Assembly: GCA_951406725.2 (NCBI GenBank)
Contig: OX597825.1
Coordinates: forward strand, 44,020,001 to 44,084,000
DNA length: 64,000 bases
Reading direction: 5' to 3'
Source of the DNA: Octopus vulgaris
Taxonomy: Eukaryota
The notes beneath the pieces were generated by a model. The model did no database searches. It had not been told where the DNA came from and worked only from the letters and a program-made list of their open reading frames with translations. The first letter of the stretch is position 1; every line of letters begins with the position of its first letter. Shown piece by piece: positions 27,420 through 41,264 of the stretch. A program made the translations under genes and the position numbers.

Positions 27420-29097
27420 TTTATTTATACATGACTGTATCGGTGTGACATCACTCCCCTGCAAACAACTAGACTCTTTCCTCTCTTTTCTCCAATCCTT
27501 CCATCCTGCCCTCGAATTATCCTGCACTATTTCCAACACTTCCGTCACATTTCTTGATATTTTGGTCAAAATACACCACTCTATTCTCACAATCTCCATC
27601 CACTACAAACACACTGACTCAACCCAAAGCAAGCTCTCCATCCCCTACCCCCAATTCCTCCATCTGCACAGGCTCTGCAGTAACAACCAAGCCTTCGAGA
27701 CTAAGTCTCAACTCATGACTTGCCACTTCATCTTTCATGGATATTCCCCCACCACTATTCACACAGCCCTTCCCAAAGCAAATTCTGTAGACTGTGCCTC
27801 TACTCTCTCTCCCCGCACCCATCCTGCCATTGCCTTCTCTTGTTTTCCCTCACCTACCACCCCTCCAATGCACCATTCTCTGAGCCTTCTAGCAACTCCA
27901 GTCTGGCCCCTCTGCCTCACATATCTTGCCCAACCTACCCCTTCCCACCTTCAAATGTGCCCACAACCTGCATGACCTCCTGATCTACAGTTTCTTCCCT
28001 AACCCCACCTCCCAACCTGGCTCGTTCTTCTGCTCCAACCCATGCTACTGCACTTGCCCCTACTTCTCCAACACTACCATCCTCACAGGCACCCATCTTC
28101 ATCCCTCTCATATCACCAACTCCTTTACTTGCACTTCTAGCAACATCATTTACAGCATCTCCTTCTCTTTTGGCCCTTCTCTGTACATCAGTCAAACGGG
28201 ATGCCACTTGGCTGACTGGTTCATGGAATACCTCAAAGACATCAGACTTGGCAATGACACCCTGATCTCGCACCATTTCCGCTCTACCAATTATCCATTA
28301 CAACACCTCTGTGTTTGGATTGTCTTTGCACAGTGGCCATCCAGACTCCTGACTTCACCATGAACAGGAATTTTCTCTCTTTTGCTCCTTTTTGCCACAT
28401 GGGCTCAACCCCTCCTCTCTTCATCTGACACCTACTTCCTCTCTTCACTCTTACCCACTGTCTCTCTTTATTCATACTCCCTCCACACACCCTACTCCTA
28501 CCCCACACCTCTCACACCACACTACCACTCCATACCGCACCACCACATCACCTCACACCAATCCACACACGCTAGCACTGACCAAACCACTTCCCAGCAC
28601 CCATACCACACACCATCATCTGCACACCTACACAAGATCATCCACATACCCACACACGATCATCCACATACCCACACATTACAGAAGCACACACACATGA
28701 ACACATGTCAAAATCACTAGCCCCTATCCATACACACACACACACACATTCTCACATACACACATGCATGCGCACCTTCATTTTGGGATCACCAATACTT
28801 TATTATCTCACCTTCTTTCTGCCTCTTCTGTCAAACCATTTTTCTCTCAACCAGTTGCTATGCTTGATTGCTAAACCCACACATTCTTTTTTATTCTTGC
28901 TCTATTTATTTTCTTTTATTCCTTTCCGTTGAAGAGTATTAGTTCAAAATATGATTGATTGATTGATTGATTCTAGTTTCAGCTTATGAGCTGTGGCCAT
29001 GCTGGGGCACCAAAAGACTTCCTCACTTTTCTGAGCATCAAACCTCCTTGTTGTTCATACACCTGTCTTCATCTTTTGTTTTTCTGTAAATTTCAAC

Positions 29098-29100
<3 letters not shown>
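27420..29100 (+). mobile_element. Decayed 5'-truncated Penelope-like element (Neptune/Poseidon type)
   Basis: FLQSFHPALE...VTFLDI....SIHYK.TDS, SIPY.QFL.L.RLCS, C.TCP...FTCTSSNIIYSI.....LYI.QT (GIY-YIG). The terminal segment 28900-29100 is also present inverted at 50780-50975. Confidence 0.85.
28952..29011 (-). mobile_element. ~60-bp extreme 3' end of the CR1/L2-group LINE family
   Basis: (gatt)n-ctagtttcagcttatgagctgtggccatgctggggcacc, matching 22345-22403. Confidence 0.9.
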
Positions 29101-29174
<74 letters not shown>

Positions 29175-29274
29175 ACACACACATATATGTCTGAACATAT
29201 ATGTATGTCCAGACATATATACTTATGTCAGACATATATATATATACACACACATACACACACACACACATATA

Positions 29275-29583
29275 TGTCGGTGATCACTGTTACAGACCAG
29301 GCTATCAGATGTTGCTACACATTGCTGGTCACAATGCGCTTCGCAGTGTTTTAGCCTTCAAATGACGCCACTCCACTGGCTAAGTGAGCAGGCCAACAGA
29401 AGAAAGAGGGAGAAAGTTGTCGCGAAAGAGTACAGCAGGGATCGCCACCACCCCCTGCTGGAGCCTTGTGGAGCTTTAGGTGTTTTTGCTCAATAAACAC
29501 TCACAGTGCCTGGTCTGGGAATCGTAACTGTGATCCTACAACTGCGAGTCCACTGCCCTAACCACTGGGCCATTGCGCTTCCA
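29275..29583 (-). mobile_element. tRNA-derived SINE (Arg-like head)
   Basis: Head ggaagcgcaatggcccagtggttagggcagtggactcgcag...ttacgattccc with A-box and B-box-like segments; body shared with 58300-58413. Confidence 0.8.
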
Positions 29584-29599
29584 TATATATATTTATGTG

Positions 29600-29815
29600 T
29601 GTGTCTTTTTGTCTGTGTTTGTCCCTCCCCAACACTTAACAACCAATATTAGTGTTTACATCCCTGTAACTTAGTAGTTCAGCAAAATTGACCACTAGAA
29701 TATGTACCAATATTTTTTAAAAAAAGTAATAAGTTCATGGGTCAATTCATTTGACTAAAAATTCTTCAAGGCAGTGCCACAGTCTAATGACTGAAACAAG
29801 TAAAAGATGAAAGAT
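29600..29815 (+). mobile_element. SINE family B, 3' part
   Basis: Similar to 25413-25620. Confidence 0.7.
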
Positions 29816-29892
29816 ACATATGGAAAAACATTTATATTTATATGGTTGTGTAAAACACATGCTCACAATCATATGTGTATATACGTGTCTGC

Positions 29893-29941
<49 letters not shown>

Positions 29942-30260
29942 TGTGTCTTAGTGTATGTGTGGCTGCTGTGCTATTTACAGTTGATGCATTATGGGAGTAA
30001 ATGTAAGCTATGACTACATCCTGTATTTTTCTCCACTCTGCTCTTCTAATACTTCATTCTCTCTTTCTCTTTCTCTCTCTCTCTCTGTCTCTCTCTCTCT
30101 TTCTCTCTCCCCTCTTCTTTTCATTGTTTTTCTTTGGTAGTTTTTACATTATCTATAGTGGAGGTAGTAATGGAATCCAATATTACTCTCTTTAATGTTT
30201 TCTATGTCTTTCTTTTTAGTCTCATTTCTACTACCTCTTTATCATCCTCCTTTCACACAC

Positions 30261-30304
<44 letters not shown>

Positions 30305-30480
30305 ACACATATACACACTTCTCTCCTCCTGATGGATGCTAGTTAACCAATATGACTCATGGCACAAAACTTTTGTCTGTTTGTTGTTTTAGGATAATTC
30401 TGCTGTTAGACTTTTTTACATAAATACCAAGTATTTATGTTGCATACATTAACCTCTCATACATATTTGTCTGTGTGACC

Positions 30481-30900
30481 AAATGTGAATGTGTTTATTT
30501 AAGTATATGCTTACGCACTTGCACACACATACGCACATGAGTGCACACACATACACACACACGGATACACACATACATACACACAGTAATTATCATTCAC
30601 ACATAGTGGTAAAGATGTGAACTCTGAGTGGTTGTTCTCAATGCCTGACATAGCAGCTAATGCCAGAAAGTACAACACCCTACTAGTTCTTGTACTCTCT
30701 GATATACAAAAAATGTGAGTGTGTTTATTTAAGTATATGCATACACACTTGCACGCACATACATGCACATGAGTGCACACACACACAGATACACAGTATC
30801 ATTCACACATAGTGGCAGATAAAGATGTGAACTGTGTGTGGTTGTTCCCAATGCTTGAAAGTACAACACCCTGCTGGCCCCTTGTACTCTCTGATGTACG
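30481..30900. repeat. Diverged two-copy tandem repeat of about 230 bp
   Basis: aaatgtga.tgtgtttatttaagtatatgc...tcattcacacatagtgg...aaagtacaacaccct...ttgtactctctgat occurs at 30481 and 30711. Confidence 0.85.
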
Positions 30901-31104
30901 AAAGACCATGGCTTGAACACCTTTTATCAAAAGTCTGCTTAATCAGAGCAAAATTAGTAGAGTAAACCACCACAAATAAAAGATCCTTTATATGGCAGGT
31001 TGACCTGCTAGAAATGGTAGCTAATGCTCCATCAAATCACAACCTTCTGCCTTAAAAATGAAAGACTGCATTAGTAAATGTACTCACTGAGAACTATCAT
31101 TATT

Positions 31105-31245
31105 ATACATGCTTAGCAGTATTTCGTCTGCTGCTACGTTCTAAGTTCAAATGCCACCAGGGTCGACTGTGCCTTTTGGGGTTGATGTAATTGACTAGTC
31201 CCTCACAAAATTTCATGTCTTGTGCCTTTAGTAGAAAGGATTATA
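31105..31245 (+). mobile_element. SINE family C fragment
   Basis: gcttagc.gtatttcgtc...acgttct.agttcaaat...ggtcgact; same family as the 36480-37235 units. Confidence 0.65.
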
Positions 31246-31299
31246 CATGGATTATCCCAAGTTCACTCAGCAGAGAGACCAGCTATTTAAACTAACAGG

Positions 31300-32110
31300 C
31301 ATATCATCAGTACAACTATGAAAGATATAAAGATAAAGAAAATGGCTGGACTACCAATGATAGTTGTTGAGAAAGACAAAATATCGAGGAAAGTAGGATG
31401 CATGCTAGGTACTTGCCAAGTCAAGCAGGTAGTACATAAAGGGGTCATTCTAAAAGAAGCATCAAACTCATGGGGAGATCTAAGCCATGATGATTATTAC
31501 TGATTTCATAGAACAAACTATTACACTTAACATTTGTTGATCCAAAGGGTTTGATAGAATATCATACTAGATGTATGGCTTATAAGAGCCATATAAGCCT
31601 TATAGCAAAATGCTGTCTGCAAGGTGAAAATTAGAAAAGGGTTCAATGAGGAATTTAGTGTGGTTGGTATTAGAAAATTGAGCTAGATATGGGATGCATA
31701 AGAAAAATAACAGAATTGGGTAAATAAGTGTCAAGCAATGCAAGTGGAAGAAGTATGTATTAGAATAATAACAAAGAAGACTTGGGGAAAAAGTGGTGAA
31801 AGCTGATCTTAAGAAGCTAAACATCCTAAAAGGGATGATAAAAGACTGCCATAAGTGGCAAGAGATTATGCTCATTTGATGTGGAATCATTATCTGAAAA
31901 ATGCAATTTGCTCCACAAAATTTGTGCCAGATGGAACTGTGTTTCTGCCATAAAAAATGCACCCTGTACACACTGTAAAATGCTTGGTATGAGAAATGGT
32001 GCCAGAACAGACATTGGAGCATAATACAGTCTTTGGACTTATTGAATTCTGCTTAACTGTCCAACCCATGCCAGCATGGAACAACGATACTAAATGATGA
32101 CAATGACAAT
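31300..32110 (+). mobile_element. Highly decayed RTE LINE 3' region ending in the family A tail
   Basis: RRLGEKVVKADLKKLN-like C-terminus at about 31775-31870; ends ccaacccatgccagcatgga...taaatgatga. Confidence 0.5.
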
Positions 32111-32304
32111 GATTGGTTTCTCAGGTTTTGCATTGATGTTTATTTTCTTTGCCTCTACAGATGGGGGAAAGAAATAGAGAGAGAGAGACATACTCACAAA
32201 CATAAACACACACATGTTCATACATACACTCACACACACACACACATATGTATGTATGTGTGTGTATACATACACATCCATCTATAGTATATATATATAT
32301 ATTA

Positions 32305-32445
32305 TATTAGAGGAAAAATCAAAACCAAAGCAGAACGAGTAGCTCAAGTCATTTAGCATTATTTTTTTAGGGTAACCTTAATTAAATTATTCTAAATGAC
32401 TTGAGATACTTGTTCTGCCTTGGTTTTGATTTTTCCTATAATATA
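32305..32445. repeat. Fold-back inverted repeat with ~50-bp arms at the edge of a repeat element (to about 32890)
   Basis: ggaaaaatcaaaaccaaagcagaacgagtagctcaagtcatttag pairs with ctaaatgacttgagatacttgttctgccttggttttgatttttcc. Confidence 0.85.
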
Positions 32446-33173
32446 ATATATACCTGCTATAAGGGGATCCTAACACAGATCTCTAGTTCCAGCCTGAGCT
32501 GTGATCTTGGAACCTAAAAGGACGGGACATTCGGCGCTTTCAATCTTCAGTCAAGAAGCAGATTGTCTTTGCAGTTTCAGCCAGTTAATCTCAAGACTGC
32601 TCTAATTTGGCCAGTCCCAAGGAAATCTAAGCTAAAAGCACTAGATTCTTTGGAAGAAAGCAAGCAAATGTATACAAAAACAAGGACAAAAAGACAAAAA
32701 TGGAGAAATGGTACACAATTACAAATACAAACCACAAGACATTAACAACAGGTGTCTTTTGGCTAAGGACAAATTAAATTAAGCTGGCATGTGTGGAACA
32801 TTGGAGATAAACATCATGGGAAGAAATATGAGAGATGCTGCACAGCTGCTAGTTGAACCAAGAAAGGTCAAGCTTGGCCGAACACCAGTCACATGGAAGG
32901 AGAGGAAAGAGGTAGTAGATATAGGGATTGAAGAATTAAGGTGAGAAAGAGAGAGAGAAAATAAAGGAAAGGGACAGACTGAAGTAAAGGAGGAGGGAAA
33001 GTGATGAGAATGAAGGGAGTGCCAAGAAATGTGAGAGTGAGAAAAAGAAAAGTGGAAGGAACACAGATAGTGTGAAAGGGGCTAAAGGAAAGAGTAAGAA
33101 TCATACAGAATTTATATATATATATATATATATATGTACTTATCTACTGGAGATCAAAAGTGTATGTAAGCTG

Positions 33174-33220
<47 letters not shown>

Positions 33221-33264
33221 CAAAACAAAAAATAGAACAAGAACATAAAAGGCGACATATATAT

Positions 33265-34815
33265 ATACATGATGGCCATCCATTCGTGACCAAGGAAGAC
33301 CATTGCTGACCTTCAGAAATATTGTGCACTCTAGGACTAACTTATTTTTTGCATTTGCAGCCCCGTTGGTGGTGAATGAGCCCTGCTCTTGACAAGTATA
33401 CATGACTGAAAACATTACAGACCAAGCTTTCCCCATTCACTACACCAGCAGAGTGCTTAAGTACTTAATGCTGAATATGTTCTCTCTCTAAAGTGTCGAC
33501 CCCCTCCTTAACTGGCTTCCTCCATCTGTGACAATGACAGGCATTGTTCCCCCAGTCAGTCTCCTACATATCACAGGCCTTTAATGAGGACTTGGTTTTT
33601 GCCAGGGTCTCTTTCCATTCACAAGTTCCCCATATAGTATCTGCTTAGGGATCCTGCTATCTTTCATTCTAATAAGGAGTCCAGGCCAACGCAACTGGTG
33701 CTTGTCCACCATCACCTCAATACTCAAGATATCTGCTGTCCTCAGGACCAGCGTGTCTAGAGTTTTTAAGTTCTAGCCAACATTCAGAATGTGTCTGCGA
33801 CATCTCTGATGAAAGCGTTTGTAAAGGGTCCATGTCTCACATGAGCAAAGGAGTGATGTCAGTACACATGCACAGTACATAGCAATTTTTGTTTGCCTTG
33901 TGATGCCATGCTGGGACCAGACACAAGAGTGAAGAGACTGGAAGGAATTAGTTGCTCCCTTGCAGCCTGAAAGATATTTCATCATCCAGGGAGCAAGAGC
34001 AGCTGAGTGTGCTGCCTAGGTAGACAAATTTGTCTTCCACTTTCAGAATTGTACCTTCAACCAAGATAGCTGGTTCCACATATGGATTTCCTGGTGCTGT
34101 TTAGAACATTACAACAGTCTTGTCCAGGATAATTGCTGAGTCCAAACGCCTTGCAAGAAGCAGAAATATGATTCATAAGTATTTACATGTCATCCACTGT
34201 ATGAGTGACTACGTCATAGTCATCTGCATAAAGGTCATGAATAAGAGACTGGAAAACTTTTGAATTGGCAGCATACGGTACAGATTAAAGAGGCCGCCAG
34301 AAGATATCTGACATATATTCTCAAAGAGCTAAAACCTTAGCAAAAGCATGAGTAAAAGCAGCAGCAAAGTACAAAGAAAAGAGAGTTGGGGCAAGGATGT
34401 CACCCTGCTTGACACCATTCTCTACAGGAATGGGTCTAGCCAAGCCACCTCCAACATTGACCCAAGCCTCCATCCCATCATGAAATGATTTAATTATAGA
34501 TACAAAGTGATCTGGACATCCAAGTTTGCCAAGTATTTTCCATAGAAAGGCTCTATTTACAGTATCAAAGGCCTTCATTAAATCAATGAATACCTGGACA
34601 AGATTCATATTCTGCTCATAGCACTTCTCCCACATCTGTTTTGCCGTGAAAATCATATCCATGCTTGCAGATGATGATATAATCCAGCAAGTGCCAAACT
34701 TTAGACCTTGGATACATCCACGTTGTTGTGTAATTACCTTTGTGCATAAAATGAGTGCTTGCAATGTAAAGTCCATGTTCATCACAAAGCCTCAGCCGCA
34801 TGAGACCATTGTTAT
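33265..34815 (-). mobile_element. RTE/BovB-like LINE, internally deleted and decayed
   Basis: EN remnant NGL..LC.EH.L...T.F...TTWM.PRSK.WHLLDYII. RT motifs DMIF...EKC.EQN..L...FIDL.KAFDTVNR, GVKQG.ILAP.LF, LYADD, LL.SCETWTLY. Confidence 0.9.
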
Positions 34816-34861
34816 TCATTTTCCATACTCCGAAAATACATACATACACACACACATGCGA

Positions 34862-35960
34862 GCAACACTCTTTGTCTGATAACCTAGAATACATGCCCAA
34901 AGAAGTTACATGACTATCAGATGAAAGGATGAGCCTATATGAGCAGAAGACTATGCATCGATATGTCAGTAGAAAGTTCCATGATGATAGTAACATCGAT
35001 CATCAAAGCAGTTTATCATGGACCAATAACTGGATTACTACCTCCCACTTTGAAGGGTATGTGTTTGCAATCCAGGAACAGGAAATATCAACCAAGTACC
35101 TAATGCACAAAAGGGATAGAGATGCAAGAAAAGCCATAAAATGTGACAACCGATGCAGACTTTGTGGAGTTCACACTGAAGATATCATGCACATCATAAG
35201 CAGTTGTCCGAAAATGTTATCACAGTATTATCTACTGATGAAACATGGTGTTGTAGCTAGGAGACTCTATAATGAAATCCATCAGAAGGATAATCCCAAG
35301 GACAAAGAAATAAGAACCCACAATAAGGTAGAAGCCATAGTCACTCATGATAAAAAGGAATACCAGTGGAATGTATCAGTGAAGACCTCAATAAAATGTA
35401 AGCACAACAGACATGATATAATGATTTGGGATAGAGAAAAGAAACTGCACAGTTGTGGAAGTTAGCTGCCCAGCAGATGTTAACATAAAGCTGAAGGTCA
35501 GTGAAAAAGAGAACACTTATGCTGAACTATTGAGAAATCTGCAGTTACTCTATCCAGATTACAAGTTCAGGTTTATACCATTAATTATTGGAGCGATGGG
35601 ATATGTAACACACTGCCTAAATACCAATCTTGAGAAATTTAGCTTCTCAAAACCAGAAAGAACAAAGCTAATTCGAAGACTACAGATCCAATCCATCACT
35701 AGAACTGTAAAAATCTGCAAAACTTTCCAGAAGTTTATTATTTAAATATATATGAGCATATCTAGATGTGCAACTATATGCATGAGAATACATACAAATC
35801 TGCAAGTACATATATACATACATACATACATTCATTCATACAAACAAAAATACCCTGTTGTTGATGTTGAAATTCCAATGAAGGAGCCTTGGATCTAGGT
35901 TAGAAACTAGTTCTTTCTCTCTTGGCAAGAAATCTTGAAATTAACTGAATAATGACATAC
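34862..35960 (+). mobile_element. 5'-truncated R2-group LINE (R4/Dong-like) with CCHC finger and restriction-like endonuclease
   Basis: EG.VFAIQEQ.I.T, CRLC....E...HIIS.C, RHDIMIWD, (V)EVSCP.D.N..K..EK...Y..L; one frameshift; (CATA)n flank. Confidence 0.88.
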
Positions 35961-36479
35961 ATACATATGTACATACATACAACCACACACACACACAAAC
36001 ATACAAACACAAACACACACACACACACTAGTAGCTATCCCTAACTTTGGGGTTGAATGAGCTGAATATATATATAATGGGGATATGATTCAGAAGAATG
36101 AAATGTAAATTCATTCCTGAAGAGATGTGTTCTGAAAATTTGAAAGGATAGAGTTTTAGTTTCTTAGTATACCAATTTTGACACTCCACAATTCCTGGAA
36201 AGGTGTTAATAGCCCTTAATGAGGGGAAGGAAATAGTTGTTATAATCGATAGCATTAATTTACATATAAATTGCACAGTCTTTCTAAAATGAAGATATAA
36301 CAGAATTCTTTTGTGTTCACTACACTAAGTAGCACTTCACTATATAGTTTTACAGATTACACCCTTGGTAAATTCTCTAATGTCATTTAAATCACTTAAT
36401 CAGTGAATAAACTTCACAAAAACACTATATCCTCTCAAAGTTACTTTACACTCTACTATTTGTTAGACTGCAATTCACT

Positions 36480-37235
36480 ACAGGGCCAGCAAGTTCAAGG
36501 GGTGGGGTAAGTCCACTATGTCAACCCCAGTGCTCACTTGGTACAAAAAAGGATGAAAGGCAAAGTTAACCTCAGTGGAATTTGAACATAAGAATGGATG
36601 AAATGCCACCAAGCATTTTGCCCAGTTTGGTAATGAGTTTGGCAGTGCGTCACCTTGAAGAAATCTAGTAATATTGGTTTCAAATTTTAGAACAAGGCCA
36701 GAAATTTCAGGGGAGGGGTAATTAAGTCAATTATATCAATCTCAGTGCTCAGCTGGTACTTATTTTATTGACCTTTAAAGGATAAAAAGCAAAGTCAACC
36801 ATGGTAGAATTTGAAATAAGAACATAAAACCAAACAGAATATCGCTAGGCATTTTGCCCAGTGTGCTAATTTTACTATCAGCTTGCCAACTTGAAGAAAT
36901 CTAATATTAATTTCAAATTTTGGTACAAGGTTAACAGTTTCTGGTTAGGGTTTATGTCAATTACATCAACCCCAGTAATCAACTGGTACTTATTCTATTG
37001 CCCCCAAAAGGATGAAAGGCAAAGATGGATGAAATGTTGCTAAACATTTTGCCTAACATGGTGACAATTCTGCCAGCTCAATGCCTTTGCAAATCTAATA
37101 ATATTGATTTCAAGTTTTGGCACAAAGACATCAGATCTGAGGGAGAGGGTAAGTTGATTAATTGGCCGCAGTGCGCAGCTGGTACTTATATATTGACCCT
37201 GAAAAGATGCGAGGCAAAGTCGACCTTGGCAGAAT
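36480..37235 (-). repeat. Tandem array of about four diverged SINE family C units
   Basis: Units at about 36480, 36675, 36910 and 37105 share ccagtgctca.ctggtacttatt...aaaggatgaaaggcaaagt and the linker aaatcta.taatatt. Confidence 0.8.
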
Positions 37236-37691
37236 CACTATTCCTATGAGTAATGTGCATTTGATGATGACAATGATGCTAAAAGCAAAAAATGCTATGT
37301 TATATTTAACTTCTTCAATATTGCACTAAAATTCATAGTTATGTGAATTTATTGATTGCCAAACTGCTAATACTCCATAACTAAGAGCTTGGTCTGTTTT
37401 AATATTTAACTTTTGCTAGCTCAACCCATATAGATTTGAAACAATTTCTTGTGAATGGTAGTGAGAGCACTGCATAATTGTCAGTTTCATTAACCTGCAG
37501 TGCTCACTTTAAAGCATCCAACAGGTTATTTATTTTTTTTAAACTTACCATTTTTTTTATTAGAATGGTATGTAGGAAGGGACTATGCACATGACCTTTG
37601 CAAACTTTCCAAGACCAGTGCTACTGACACAGCTAATGCTCCACTTGAACAAGTAATTGTAAAATGATTCTAAAATAGGCAAGAAGACCAA

Positions 37692-37758
37692 ATGTTCAGC
37701 ATTCCCATAATTAAAGTTCAAAATGTAGACAATGAAGAAGAGTACTGCATTCTTGCAT
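37692..37758 (+). CDS. Candidate first coding exon of an unidentified host gene
   Basis: MFSIPIIKVQNVDNEEEYCILA, then strong donor t|gtaagt (phase 1); upstream acceptor ttttattag at 37563. Confidence 0.45.
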
Positions 37759-38685
37759 GTAAGTTTCTTTGGTGCATATGTAGTTAATTATTGCAATTGA
37801 GTAGAAGTACTTTATCTCAGAGCTGGTTTAGCTGACTAATTGTATTGGTATCCATTATGGCTATTCACAAATTCTCCTTGACATTTGTGTGTGTAAAAAT
37901 ATCCACTCATACTATTCAGAAACAAATATTCTTAGAATTCTAAAATACTTTTTCAAGGAAATAGCTTTAACTCATTTAAACCATATATCTTGCCAGCAAA
38001 TACGAAAAAATATGTTGAATTCTGAAAATATTTATGTCTTTGAATGTATGAAGAGATATTATATAATATATAAATCCTGTCTGTTCGTTTATCTGTCCTG
38101 ATATTATATTATAATATTTTTACCACCATGTTAATTGAAGTTAGGTGTATTCTGTTTATATAGAATTTTTTCAGCTTTATGGTCACTATAAATTCTCAAA
38201 ATATAAATTCATTTTATATTGGTAAAAGTTTAGATATTCTTCTATTCTGATTCAGTGTCACTCACTAAGAGTACATAAACAATACTGGCTATGCGCACAC
38301 ACGTGTGTGTGTATGTTTTATATATACACATATATATATATATATGCATGCATGCATACATACATACATACATACATCATACATACATACATACATACAT
38401 ACATACATACACATGTGTACATATGTTTGCTTAAAGTTGCACTTTTTAAAAAATTTGCTAGTTACAAGTGGTAATACTGTTGTCATTTCTCCTGTCAACA
38501 AATTGTCTACTAACTTTGTACCTTCAAAGACATGTAAAATAAGAGATTCTTTACTTGCAAATTAGGTAAAGGTCAGTGACATGGAGGGTATGTAACTGTG
38601 AAACAATGCCTGAATAACATATTCATCTAACCCATGTTAGCATGGACAAAAAGCACATAAAAGCAAACAAAATGTTTATGTACAT

Positions 38686-38749
<64 letters not shown>

Positions 38750-39349
38750 ATACACACAGACACACACACACTCGATGATATATACATAAATACATACAGA
38801 TAGACAGACAGACATTTATACATACATACATCTATTCACATATTAACCACCTTCACATTAGACCATTATCAGCACTGTCACCAACATCATTATCAATGTC
38901 ATTATAAAAACTACCATTGTCATTCTCTTCCAATTTTGTATCTTAGCATGTGGGAGAGGTAGAAATTGTTGTCAGTAGTTACAGAGTTATAATGCAGTGG
39001 TGATGATGTTTGTGATGTAGTGAGAATAGTTGTCTGTATCAAGGAGAATATGATGATGGTGATACCAATGGTGACAGTAATAATCACTTGGTATTGTGAT
39101 GGAGAAGCTAGTGTTCTATGATGTTTAATAACTTCCACTACAGATGACATTGGCAGTCATTTTCAGTAGACTGACTGATATTGTCAAAATTAGATTCTCT
39201 AGCAACATCCTTCCCTTAGTATTTTATTGTGGCCCTCTAAAATGATAAAGTTCCTTAGTAAAAATAAAACTAATTTGTCTTGTTTGTTTATAAACCAACT
39301 AAGGCATAACGCAATCATGATTTATTCCTCTTAAATCAAAATCAAATCA

Positions 39350-39787
39350 AATCACAATCAAATGGAAATTGTAGTTGGGGCCAATGCCAGTGCTGCCTGA
39401 CTGGCTCTGTGCTGGTGGCATGCAATAAGCACCATGCATGCGTGGGTCATTGCCAGTGCCTCCTGAACTGGCTCCTAGTGCCAGTGGCATGTAAAAAGCA
39501 CCATCTGAACATGGTCGATGCAGCCTCCCTGCCCAGACTGGCTACTGTGCTAGTAGCCCATAAAAAGCACATTCTAAATGTGGCCAATGCCAGTGTCACC
39601 TAACTGGCTCCTGTGCCGGTGGCACCTAAAAAGCACCTACTACACTCTTGGAGTGGTTGGTGTTAGGAAGGGCATCCACTGCTAGATCAGACTGGAGCCT
39701 AGTGCGGTCTCTAGGCTTGCCAGTCGCCAGTCAAACTGTCCAACCCATGCCAGCATGGAAGACTGGCGTTAAATGATGTTGATGATA
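39350..39787 (+). mobile_element. Older SINE-like family A copy
   Basis: Internal taaaaagcac repeats, ggaagggcatcca core, ccaacccatgccagcatggaa..gttaaatgat tail. Confidence 0.8.
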
Positions 39788-41009
39788 AAAGATAGTATAA
39801 TGCTGATTATTCTCCCGAGTAGACTTCATAATCAATGTCAGTTGGTCACCAGTTTAAAACGGTTTTGATTATCTGGTTTATAAAGGTTTTGACTTGGAAG
39901 TGATAATAAATATAATTATTTCTTCAATAGGAATCTATGTTGATAAACCTGTCACCTATAAGCATTTATCAGCATACATAAATCTTAACTCAGGCTGTGT
40001 AAACGCTGTGGTGAATTATACACACCAAGATGCTCAACATGCATGTATGTTGAAGATAATAAAGCTCATTCTTTTTCACCACTATAATAACAGTTTCATA
40101 GTTGCAGAAATAAATTTCACCAACAGAGTGAAGAAAATGAGGAGAGAGAAATTATTTACTAATTTACGGGCATTCAATATTTACAGCACATTTTTATAAG
40201 TCAAAAGAAAACTGTTGTAAAGAATTACGACGTGAAATTTATATTAACTAATTCTTCCATAACTAAGCTACAAGAGTTTTAAACAACAATTCAAAATAGC
40301 CTTGTTTAATTAGATAAAAGAGATGGCATAGCAATACCCAATGTCTCAAGAGAGTGAGTGCCATGGAAACGAGTGACAACCAATGAACACTGAAAGTGAG
40401 TGGTATTTAGTTGTATTCCTTTATGCTCTAAACTCAAATTCACTGCAGTCAACTTTGCCGTTCATCCCTTTGTAATTGATAAAATTAGGTACTAGTCAAG
40501 TACTGCCCTTCTATCAAAGTACTTGTGATTTTGTGCCAATGTGAGAAATCACTTTAGTTATTATTACTATTATTTCTTATAGTAATGTCCTGAAATCCAT
40601 AGGACTAGTACCAGCTCTTCACTTTCTATAGAATTGAGTAGAAGAAAGAGAAATGTACCTACCTCCAGATGGGCCAATAATTTATCACATGTATCTTTCC
40701 TTACAAGTTTAGTTAAATACCACTAAACCACTGAATCATTTAATTTTAGAATCTTCAATACTTAGTGCATAACCATACTACACAGAATTTTTCTTTATTC
40801 ATTTATCAAAATTCTTACATAAAATTATCATGATGGTTTTAATTTAAGTCTAAATGCTTTAAATCAGGATTTAATATGAAATAAATCAGAGTAGTTTCAA
40901 GTGATTTGGTATCAAAAAAGGTTAATGGCTTATAGGAGCCACTAACAATCTTGTTAAAATCATTTTTCCAGTTGTTAAAGCAGTGTGATTTAATTTTTTT
41001 ATTATTCAG

Positions 41010-41069
41010 ATGAAGTCTTTTTACCACTCCAACAATGTCATGAGGTAGCCCATTCTACCAGCATTCAAT
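41010..41069 (+). CDS. Candidate 60-nt internal exon (phase 1-1)
   Basis: tttttttattattcag| ... |gtaagt; open frame (Y)EVFLPLQQCHEVAHSTSIQ. Confidence 0.55.
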
Positions 41070-41224
41070 GTAAGTCAGTTTTAATTTTAGCATTTTGATT
41101 TCATTCTTTCATTTTTGCATCTATTTTTTCCTAATGCTGTTGGTAAGATACTTCTGAATATCAGAAGTTTGTTGTTAAAAATGCAGTTAAAAATATAAAA
41201 TATAACTGATCCTATTTCTGACAG

Positions 41225-41264
41225 GTTTGAATCTGGACTATCAACTTACACACTGTAGGATGAG
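41225..41264 (+). CDS. Candidate 40-nt internal exon (phase 1-2)
   Basis: tttctgacag| (C)LNLDYQLTHCRM(R) |gtttca. The donor is weak, but the exon supplies the phase needed to join the 42719 exon. Confidence 0.35.

Noticed and set aside
29505-29583. tRNA gene
   Set aside because: It is a degenerate tRNA-like head continuous with a SINE body and has no proper acceptor stem.
35872-35915. Hammerhead-like motif at the end of the R4-like LINE
   Set aside because: The core reads caatgaa and stem I does not pair.
40582-40690. Additional host exon (CPEIHRTSTSS...RWANNLSH)
   Set aside because: The available acceptors give stops in the phase required by the neighbouring candidate exons, and the donor is weak. 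Unresolved without RNA data.
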